Shown here piece after piece: positions 1-7,351 of a DNA stretch of 41,772 bases; the first letter of the stretch is position 1; the number at the start of each line of letters is the position of its first letter. Source of the DNA: an uncultured bacterium (GTDB taxonomy: Bacteria > JAHJDO01); NCBI GenBank assembly GCA_964570265.1, contig CAZMXO010000001.1, forward strand, positions 1 to 41,772, written 5' to 3'. The notes beneath the pieces were generated by a model that saw nothing but the letters and a program-made list of their open reading frames with translations, made no database searches and had not been told where the DNA came from. Both the position numbers and the translations under genes were made by a program.

Positions 1-669
1 GGAATGATTGCTCCTAATATGGCTACACTGCTTGCATTTATAACCACAGATGCCTGCATAGAATACGAAGAATTATTCACAGCTTTGAGAGAATGTGTAA
101 ATACTACATTTAATATGCTGACAGTAGATGGAGATATGAGTCCTAACGATACGGTTATTATTATGGCAAATGGTCTGGCGAGAAATAAAAGAATTAAATT
201 CAATACACCTGAATATAAGAAATTTACTGATGCGCTGAATTATATATGCACATATCTTACAAAAAAGATTGCTGCTGATGGTGAAGGCGCAACAAAACTA
301 GTTGAGGTACAGGTTAAAGGGGCAAGAAGTGTAAAGGATGCCAGACGCGCAGCTAAAGCAGTAGCTAATTCCAATTTGGTAAAAACAGCTCTTAACGGAT
401 GCGACCCCAACTGGGGAAGAATCCTCTCTAGTTTAGGCGCAGCACGCATAAAAATTAAATCAAGGAAAATTGATATTGCAATTAACTCTGAACCAATAGT
501 TTGCAATAGTATAAGCACAGACTTCTCTCAAAAAAAGCTGCATAAGCTCTTAAAAGAAAAAGAAATTACAATAACAATCAATCTAAATGTTGGAGATTAC
601 ACTTCAACTGCGTATACTTGTGATATGTCAGAAGAATATGTAAAAATAAATGCGCATTACCACACATGA
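1..669 (+). CDS. argJ: Glutamate N-acetyltransferase / ornithine acetyltransferase ArgJ, C-terminal part (5-prime end lies outside the window)
   Basis: Frame 1 is open from base 1. The translation carries the ArgJ self-cleavage context PNMATLLAFITTDA (Thr codon 25-27) and a beta-subunit-like remainder. argB and argD follow directly. Confidence 0.85.
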   Translation, partial: GMIAPNMATLLAFITTDACIEYEELFTALRECVNTTFNMLTVDGDMSPNDTVIIMANGLARNKRIKFNTPEYKKFTDALNYICTYLTKKIAADGEGATKLVEVQVKGARSVKDARRAAKAVANSNLVKTALNGCDPNWGRILSSLGAARIKIKSRKIDIAINSEPIVCNSISTDFSQKKLHKLLKEKEITITINLNVGDYTSTAYTCDMSEEYVKINAHYHT

Positions 670-684
670 GAAGTTGAATTAATT

Positions 685-1545
685 ATGGAAAAACTGATTG
701 AAAAAGCAAAGGTGCTCATAGAGGCACTACCATATATCAAAAAGTTCCATGGGAAAAAAGTAGTGATAAAATATGGCGGAAGCGCGATGGAACATGAAAA
801 AACAAAAAAAGCCGTTATGCAGGATATTGTGTTTATGCGATATGTCGGAATGAACCCAATTATTATTCACGGCGGTGGAAATGCTATAACTGAAGCACTT
901 AAGGAAATAGGAAAGAAATCTCAATTTGTGGATGGATTGCGTGTTACTGATAAAGAAACAATTCAAATTGTAGAGCAAGTGCTTTTTGACAAAGTAAATA
1001 AGGAAATTGTTTTTCTAATTAATGAATCAGGAGGGAACGCTCTTGGCATTAATGGAAAATCCGCATCTTTTATTACCGCAACTAAACTGAAAGCAAATAA
1101 GGATCTGGGGTTTGTAGGACAAATCACAAAAATACAGCCCGAAAAATTAAATGAGCTCTGTAATCAAGGCGTCATCCCTGTAATAGCGCCTCTTGGACTT
1201 GATGAAAATGGAGAAACCTACAATATAAATGCTGACACTGTTGCCTCAGAAATTGCGGCAGCGCTTGGAGCAGAGAAACTGGTTTTATTAACAGATGTTC
1301 CCGGCATATTAAAGGATAAATCTGACCCTGAATCAATAATGTCTACGCTCAAGGTATCTGAAATAGAAGTCCTTAAAAAAAGAGGCGTGATTACGGGAGG
1401 AATGATACCAAAGATACACGCATGCGAGAAAGCATTGGAAGCAGGTGTTAGAAAATCGCACATTATTGACGGAAGAATTCTGCATTCCTTGTTATTGGAA
1501 ATATTTACTGATAAAGGCATAGGAACGGAGCTTATTAAAAACTAA
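685..1545 (+). CDS. argB: Acetylglutamate kinase
   Basis: 286 aa. Amino-acid-kinase family motifs (VIKYGGSAM, IIHGGG, NINADT), typical ArgB length, and a position between argJ and argD. Confidence 0.9.
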   Translation: MEKLIEKAKVLIEALPYIKKFHGKKVVIKYGGSAMEHEKTKKAVMQDIVFMRYVGMNPIIIHGGGNAITEALKEIGKKSQFVDGLRVTDKETIQIVEQVLFDKVNKEIVFLINESGGNALGINGKSASFITATKLKANKDLGFVGQITKIQPEKLNELCNQGVIPVIAPLGLDENGETYNINADTVASEIAAALGAEKLVLLTDVPGILKDKSDPESIMSTLKVSEIEVLKKRGVITGGMIPKIHACEKALEAGVRKSHIIDGRILHSLLLEIFTDKGIGTELIKN

Positions 1546-1557
1546 TTTTTAATTATT

Positions 1558-2736
1558 ATGAAGACTTCTGAAATTCAAAAATTAAGTAAAAAATATATAA
1601 TAAACACTTATGGTGAGCGTTCCATTGCCCTTGTGAAAGGGAAAGGGATGTATGTCTGGGATGTTGACGGGAAAAAGTATCTGGACTTTCTTGCAGGGAT
1701 TGCAGTTAATGCGTTAGGGCATTGCCATCCTGAAATTGTGGAAGCTGTTAAAAGCCAAGTATCCGCATTGATTCATGTATCAAATCTTTATAATATTAAA
1801 CAACAGGCAGAGCTTGCAGAATTACTCATTAAACACTCTTTAAAGGGCAAGTGCTTCTTCTGTAATAGCGGGGCGGAAGCAAATGAAGCCGCTATAAAAC
1901 TTGCAAGAAAATCAACAAAACCGGAAATATTCGAAATAATCACAATGACAGGATCCTTTCACGGGAGAACCTTGGCAACTATTACAGCAACAGATAATGC
2001 AAAATATCAGAAAGGTATTAGTCCCCTGCCAGCTGGATTTAAACATGCTGTCTTTAATGATATAGGAAGCGTTAAGAAGTGTATCGGCGATAGAACTTGT
2101 GCAATTATGATTGAGCCTGTTCAGGGAGAAAGTGGTATTCATATAGCAAAAAAAGATTTTATAATTGAGTTAAGAAAACTTTGTGACGAGAAAAAAATTC
2201 TTTTAATATTTGATGAGGTGCAATGCGGGCTCGGGAGAACAGGAAAACTATTCGCTTATGAGCACTATAATGTAGAACCGGATATAATGACACTGGCAAA
2301 AAGTTTGGGAGGCGGACTGCCTATTGGAGCCTTGATCGCCAAAGACAAAACAAGTTTAGGCTTTGGGCCGGGAGATCATGGCTCAACATTCGGTGGCAAT
2401 CCTCTATGCAGTGCTGCTGCATTAACAACACTAAAAATCATACTTAGAGATAATTTATCTCAACATGCTTTGGAAATGGGGGATTACTTCAAAAATAAAC
2501 TTGAAGCGCTCAAAAAAAAGCATTGTTTCATTAAACAGGTTCGCGGTATCGGTTTAATGATTGGAGTTGAGCTGGACTTTGAATGCAAAGAGATTGTTGC
2601 AAAATGTCAAAAAGCAGGACTTTTGGTAAACTGCGCTTCGGGCAATGTCCTGCGTTTTCTTCCTCCTCTTATTGTATCTGAAAAGGAGATTGATAAAGCT
2701 GTGAATATATTGGATAAAGCATTGACATACATGTAA
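1558..2736 (+). CDS. argD: Acetylornithine aminotransferase (class III PLP aminotransferase)
   Basis: 392 aa. Motifs SGAEANE, SFHGRT, DEVQCGLGRTG and a TLAKSLGGG PLP-lysine context, within arg operon context. Confidence 0.9.
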   Translation: MKTSEIQKLSKKYIINTYGERSIALVKGKGMYVWDVDGKKYLDFLAGIAVNALGHCHPEIVEAVKSQVSALIHVSNLYNIKQQAELAELLIKHSLKGKCFFCNSGAEANEAAIKLARKSTKPEIFEIITMTGSFHGRTLATITATDNAKYQKGISPLPAGFKHAVFNDIGSVKKCIGDRTCAIMIEPVQGESGIHIAKKDFIIELRKLCDEKKILLIFDEVQCGLGRTGKLFAYEHYNVEPDIMTLAKSLGGGLPIGALIAKDKTSLGFGPGDHGSTFGGNPLCSAAALTTLKIILRDNLSQHALEMGDYFKNKLEALKKKHCFIKQVRGIGLMIGVELDFECKEIVAKCQKAGLLVNCASGNVLRFLPPLIVSEKEIDKAVNILDKALTYM

Positions 2737-2757
2737 TGCAATGATATACTTGCATTA
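2734..2757. promoter_or_regulatory. Inverted repeat TAATGCAA-N8-TTGCATTA; candidate antitoxin operator or argD-distal hairpin
   Basis: The 8-bp arms at 2734-2741 and 2750-2757 are exact reverse complements. The repeat lies between the argD stop (2734-2736) and the RBS AGAGGTGA of the antitoxin, with GATAAT at 2760-2765 just downstream. Confidence 0.3.
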
Positions 2758-2779
2758 AAGATAATATAGAGGTGATAAT

Positions 2780-2998
2780 ATGAACACAATGGTTTCATTA
2801 AGACTACCTGAAGGAATTGTAAGTGCAATTGATAAAATTGCCAGCGATCTTGAAAGACCTAAAACATATATTGTAAGAAAAGCTCTTGAAAAATATCTTT
2901 CTGAATTTGCCGACTATCAGATAGCTCTGGATCGAATGAAAAATAAGGATGATGAGATAATTTCTTCAAAAGAAATGAGAGCAAAACTTGACATATAA
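2780..2998 (+). CDS. Ribbon-helix-helix (CopG/RelB-like) type II antitoxin
   Basis: 72 aa. The N-terminal segment VSLRLPEGIVSAIDKIASDLERPKTYIVRKALEKYL fits an RHH fold. A strong RBS (AGAGGTGA) lies 5 nt upstream. The gene overlaps the downstream toxin gene by 11 bp. Confidence 0.7.
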   Translation: MNTMVSLRLPEGIVSAIDKIASDLERPKTYIVRKALEKYLSEFADYQIALDRMKNKDDEIISSKEMRAKLDI

Positions 2999-3239
2999 AA
3001 TCAGATACAAGAGTTCCGTTTCTCATGATTTAAAGAAAATAAGCAAACCAATGGTTTCTAGAATAATTGATAAACTAGAAACCACACTGACTCAAAATCC
3101 ATATGCAGGCAAGTTGTTAACGGGAGAATTCAAAGGATTGCATCGCCTCAGAGTAGGAGATTATAGAATCATATATAGTATATTTGACGATTCTGTATTA
3201 ATTCTCAGAATTGCGCATAGAAAAAAAGTATATAGATAG
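2988..3239 (+). CDS. RelE/ParE (StbE-like) type II toxin
   Basis: 83 aa with a TTG start. Contains the family-typical core LHRLRVGDYRIIYSIFDDSVLILRIAHRKKVY. Small size and overlap with the upstream RHH gene fit a TA pair. Confidence 0.75.
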   Translation: MTYKIRYKSSVSHDLKKISKPMVSRIIDKLETTLTQNPYAGKLLTGEFKGLHRLRVGDYRIIYSIFDDSVLILRIAHRKKVYR

Positions 3240-3257
3240 CAGAAAGGACATTTTAAG

Positions 3258-4154
3258 ATGAAAAAAGACTTGATATCAATAAAGGATTTATCGGAACAAG
3301 AGATTTATAAAATCTTCAAGCTTGCGGCACAATTAAAGAAAGAACAAAAGCAGGGTAAAAGCCACAATCACCTACTGGCTGGAAAAACTATAGCCATGCT
3401 TTTTGAAAAACCTTCTCTTAGAACAAGAATGACCTTTGAAGTGGGCATATACCAGCTCGGAGGACATGCAGTTTATGAACGCTTGATAGGGGAAAAGATA
3501 GGAGATAGAGAAACGGTTCAGGATGTAGCTAAAAATCTCGAGCGCTGGGTAGACGGTATTGTTGTGCGCAGTTTTTCGCATCAGAATGTCATTGATCTGG
3601 CAAAATTTGCTAGTATTCCTGTAATTAATGCGCTTACTGATCTCCTGCATCCATGTCAAATACTCACTGATATGTTCACCATACTTGAGAAAAAAGGCAG
3701 ATTGGAAGGCATTAAGGTTGCTTATATAGGCGATGGAAACAATGTGTGTAATTCATGGATATATGGCGCTGAGAAAACAGGTATGATACTTAAAATCGCA
3801 TGTCCGAAAGGATACGAACCTTCCAAGGACATAACAGCCAAAAACCTATTTATTACCAACAACCCGGAAGAGGCGATCAAGAATGCCGATATTGTTTATA
3901 CCGATGCATGGGCAAGTATGGGGCAGGAATCAGAAAAGGAAGTACGAAACAAAGTATTTCAGGAATTTCAAGTAAATAAAAAACTCCTATCAAATGCAAA
4001 CCCCGATGTTCTAATTATGCACTGCCTGCCTGCGCACAGAGGTGAAGAAATAACAGATGAAGTAATGGACGGACCAAATGCAATTGTATTTGATGAGGCG
4101 GAAAACAGACTGCATGTTCAGAAAGCTGTCTTAACTCTTCTTTTAAAAAACTAA
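3258..4154 (+). CDS. argF: Ornithine carbamoyltransferase
   Basis: 298 aa. Carbamoyl-phosphate motif SLRTR, ornithine-binding motifs HPCQ and HCLPAHRGEE. Confidence 0.9.
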   Translation: MKKDLISIKDLSEQEIYKIFKLAAQLKKEQKQGKSHNHLLAGKTIAMLFEKPSLRTRMTFEVGIYQLGGHAVYERLIGEKIGDRETVQDVAKNLERWVDGIVVRSFSHQNVIDLAKFASIPVINALTDLLHPCQILTDMFTILEKKGRLEGIKVAYIGDGNNVCNSWIYGAEKTGMILKIACPKGYEPSKDITAKNLFITNNPEEAIKNADIVYTDAWASMGQESEKEVRNKVFQEFQVNKKLLSNANPDVLIMHCLPAHRGEEITDEVMDGPNAIVFDEAENRLHVQKAVLTLLLKN

Positions 4155-4172
4155 CTAAGGGAGAAATATCCT

Positions 4173-5372
4173 ATGAAAAAGATTGTGGTTGCATATTCAG
4201 GAGGACTTGACACTTCTATTATAATTCACTGGCTAAAGAATAAATATGATGCTGAGATTATTGCATATACCTCAGACCTCGGGCAGGGCGAATATCTGGA
4301 GCCTCTTAAAAAAAAGGCAATAAAAACAGGTGCTTCCAAGATATACATTGAAGATTTACGAGAAGAATTTGTTAAAGAGTATGTATTCCCTTCTTTAAAG
4401 GCATGCGCGCTGTATGAAAACAAATATCCATTAGCCACTGCGCTTGGTCGTCCTCTTATTGCAAAAAGACTTTTAGAAATTGTAAAGAAAGAAAAAGCTG
4501 ATGCAGTAGTACATGGATGTACCGGCAAGGGTAATGATCAGGTAAGATTTGAAGCAACTTTTGCGGCCTTAAATCCGGATATAGAAGTAATTGCCCCGTT
4601 GCGAGAATGGAAGCTTAAATCAAGAGAGGAAGAGATAGATTATGCTATAAAACATAAAATCCCCGTCGACGTTACAAAGAAAAACCCTTATAGCATTGAC
4701 AGGAATCTCTGGGGAGTAGCGATTGAATGCGGAACCCTTGAAAATCCATGGAACGAACCTCCTGAAGATGCATATCAGATTACAACATCTCCACTAAAAG
4801 CCCCAAATAAGTCGGAATATGTAGAGATATACTTTGAATCTGGTATACCAACGAAACTGAATGGGAAGATTATTAACGGTATAAATTTAATAGAAAAATT
4901 AAATCAATTGGGTGGCCAAAACGGTGTTGGCAGAATAGATATGGTTGAAAACCGGCTTGTAGGAATTAAATCCAGAGAAATATATGAGGCTCCTGCAGCA
5001 GTTATTCTTCATAATGCTCATAATGCTCTTGAAGAACTAGTTCTTGACAGAGAAACCATGCATTTCAAGAAAATCATCTCTCAGAAATATGCAGAAATAA
5101 TATACTATGGACTATGGCATTCTTCATTAAAAGAAGCTCTGGATGAATTTGTTAATAAAACACAGGAGAATGTAACTGGAACAGTAAAGATAAAACTTTA
5201 CAAAGGCACATGCACGGTTGTAGGAAGAAAGTCAAAGTTCTCCCTGTACAGTGAAAACCTTGCCACTTACACCGCTAAAGATACATTTGACCACAAATCC
5301 GCAAAGGGATTCATTGATATCTGGAGCCTTCCACTAAAGGTTAGGGCACTGCTTGGAAAAAACCGGAGATAG
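4173..5372 (+). CDS. argG: Argininosuccinate synthase
   Basis: 399 aa. N-terminal ATP pyrophosphatase motif AYSGGLDTS and a conserved GCTGKGNDQVRFE segment. Confidence 0.95.
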   Translation: MKKIVVAYSGGLDTSIIIHWLKNKYDAEIIAYTSDLGQGEYLEPLKKKAIKTGASKIYIEDLREEFVKEYVFPSLKACALYENKYPLATALGRPLIAKRLLEIVKKEKADAVVHGCTGKGNDQVRFEATFAALNPDIEVIAPLREWKLKSREEEIDYAIKHKIPVDVTKKNPYSIDRNLWGVAIECGTLENPWNEPPEDAYQITTSPLKAPNKSEYVEIYFESGIPTKLNGKIINGINLIEKLNQLGGQNGVGRIDMVENRLVGIKSREIYEAPAAVILHNAHNALEELVLDRETMHFKKIISQKYAEIIYYGLWHSSLKEALDEFVNKTQENVTGTVKIKLYKGTCTVVGRKSKFSLYSENLATYTAKDTFDHKSAKGFIDIWSLPLKVRALLGKNRR

Positions 5373-6081
5373 AATATTGCTTAAAAATTTAGGAACTAGA
5401 CCATATGTTGTAGCAGTGCTTAATAAGGCTTCTGCAGAAACTGCTCGATCGGCGCAACGGCTTGGCGCAGATATCTTGGAGCTTCGTGTTGATATGCTAG
5501 AACGCTGTTATCATACCGGAGTAAAAGTAAGCTCTATTATAAGACAATTAAAGAAAGAAGTTAAATTACCTGTTATTCTTACTATACGTTCCTCAAACGA
5601 GGGGGGCATGGCGAAAATAGCTGATGGCAGACGTCTTGATATTTTCAGGGAAGCTATTTCAGAAACAGATTTAGTAGATATTGAGATCAGTTCGAACCGC
5701 ATAAATTCTAAGGTGATAGAACTTGCCAAAACACGGGACAAAAAGATAATTTTTTCTTACCACAATTTTGAGAAGACACCTACATTGCCTTACTTAAAAA
5801 ATCAGGCAGAAAAAGCATGTGAGTTGGAATGCGATATTCTAAAAATCGCAACGATGGCAAACAATATGGAAGAAGTAAGGAGATTACTGGATTTTTGCTC
5901 CAACTGGAAGAAAATAAAGATATCCGTTATGTCAATGGGCCATTTGGGTGCGGTGTCCAGACTGGCTGGATTTCTATTTGGATCCTGTCTTACATATGGA
6001 TTTATTGACCAACCTGTTGCCTGCGGACAATTAAGCGTAAAGGATCTGGTTAAATATTATCGTGTTCTTTATCCCTTGTAG
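5353..6081 (+). CDS. aroD: 3-dehydroquinate dehydratase, type I
   Basis: 242 aa. Contains ELRVD, SYHNF and KIATMA (Schiff-base lysine context). The start is uncertain: TTG at 5353 overlaps argG by 20 bp. An in-frame TTG at 5377, preceded by GGAG at 5365-5368, is an alternative. Confidence 0.75.
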   Translation: MEKTGDRILLKNLGTRPYVVAVLNKASAETARSAQRLGADILELRVDMLERCYHTGVKVSSIIRQLKKEVKLPVILTIRSSNEGGMAKIADGRRLDIFREAISETDLVDIEISSNRINSKVIELAKTRDKKIIFSYHNFEKTPTLPYLKNQAEKACELECDILKIATMANNMEEVRRLLDFCSNWKKIKISVMSMGHLGAVSRLAGFLFGSCLTYGFIDQPVACGQLSVKDLVKYYRVLYPL

Positions 6082-7351
6082 AGACGTTGCAATGCAACGT
6101 CTCTACCTCGCAAATCATTGCGCCTTTTGCAAGCTTGACTTCTACCTTATCATGAGGTTTTACTTTACGAGTATCAGTAATTAATGTTCTCTGAGGTAAT
6201 TTCAGGGTGTAACTGTATCCTCTTGAAAGGGTTGCAAGAGGGCTAAGCATATTTAGCTTTCCTAAAAGATTGGTCATCCTCTGTGTAGCAAGCTCTAATA
6301 TATGAGAACAGGTTCTGTCCATCCTTTCGGAAAAATCGTCAATCTCCTGTTTATATTGAACTAACCTTTCTTCGGGATGTGTTAAGGCATAGGAAGATAG
6401 TAAACTGAGAAATTTCTCTTTCTTTAGACTTAAATTATTTGTAAGGGCTGTAACAATCCTCGTTTGAAAATCTCTAATTTTTTGAGTGATTTGCTCCATC
6501 TCGCCAACAACAAGTTCAGCTGCTACAGATGGAGTCGGTGCACGCAGATCTGCAACAAAATCACTTATCACAAAATCTATCTCATGACCAACTGCTGAAA
6601 TAACAGGAATCTTTGAATTATATATTGCTCTTGCAACAATCTCCTCATTAAATGCCCACAGATCCTCCATAGACCCGCCGCCTCTTCCAACAATCAGAAC
6701 CTCCATGTCCCCCATCTCATTGAACTCATCTATCGCATCAGCTATTTCTTCCCCAGCCCCTTCTCCTTGAACCTTGACAGGATTAATGAGAATCTCTACC
6801 TGATGGAAACGCCTGTTAATAACATTAAGAATGTCTCTGATTGCAGCGCCTGTTGGAGAGGTTACAATCCCAATCCTTCTTGGAAACAAAGGAATTGGCT
6901 TTTTATGTTCAGGAGCAAAAAAACCCTCTTTTTGCAGTTTTTTTTTAAACTGTTCAAAAGCGAGCTGAAGCTCTCCAATGCCTTGAGGCTGAAGAAGCCC
7001 CACAATGAGCTGATAATTTCCCCTGCGCTGATATACACTTATATTTCCAAGAGCCAGCACCTTCAAGCCATCCTCTATCCTGAACTTTGTCTTCAGGTTA
7101 GATCCTCTGAAGAACACCGCATTAAGCTGAGATTGTTCATCCTTCAATGTAAAATAAATGTGACCTGAAGAAGGCATTCTACAATTTGATATTTCCCCTT
7201 CTATCCACACACTTGGAAAACTCTCCTCCAGCATGTTCTTTATATTTGAAGTAAGCTCACTTACCGTAAAGACATGTCGCGATTGAGACTCATAATCATA
7301 TGTTGACAATAGAGTATCTCCTGAATTGCATAAAGAGTTATGGCTTAACAA
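6050..7351 (-). CDS. xseA: Exodeoxyribonuclease VII large subunit
   Basis: 433 aa. N-terminal OB-fold segment VFTVSELTSNIKNMLEESFPSVWIEGEISN...SGHIYFTLKD and a central IGIVTSPTGAAIRD motif. The last ~18 codons run through the hairpin and may be a read-through tail. Confidence 0.85.
   Translation of the reverse strand: MLSHNSLCNSGDTLLSTYDYESQSRHVFTVSELTSNIKNMLEESFPSVWIEGEISNCRMPSSGHIYFTLKDEQSQLNAVFFRGSNLKTKFRIEDGLKVLALGNISVYQRRGNYQLIVGLLQPQGIGELQLAFEQFKKKLQKEGFFAPEHKKPIPLFPRRIGIVTSPTGAAIRDILNVINRRFHQVEILINPVKVQGEGAGEEIADAIDEFNEMGDMEVLIVGRGGGSMEDLWAFNEEIVARAIYNSKIPVISAVGHEIDFVISDFVADLRAPTPSVAAELVVGEMEQITQKIRDFQTRIVTALTNNLSLKKEKFLSLLSSYALTHPEERLVQYKQEIDDFSERMDRTCSHILELATQRMTNLLGKLNMLSPLATLSRGYSYTLKLPQRTLITDTRKVKPHDKVEVKLAKGAMICEVETLHCNVSTRDKEHDNI
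6078..6106. other. Perfect hairpin: 13-bp stem GTAGAGACGTTGC / GCAACGTCTCTAC with a 3-nt loop
   Basis: Read directly from the sequence: arms 6078-6090 and 6094-6106, loop AAT. It contains the aroD stop TAG (6079-6081) and lies inside the last codons of the convergent xseA ORF. There is no flanking T-tract on either strand. Confidence 0.6.

Noticed and set aside
6767-7168. Long antisense ORFs inside well-supported genes (6767-7168, 10551-10946, 13391-13714, 19175-19537, 33967-34383, 38119-38481 and similar)
   Set aside because: Each lies wholly inside a longer ORF with clear family motifs on the opposite strand and has a low-complexity or hydrophobic shadow composition. Such stop-poor antisense frames are expected here.
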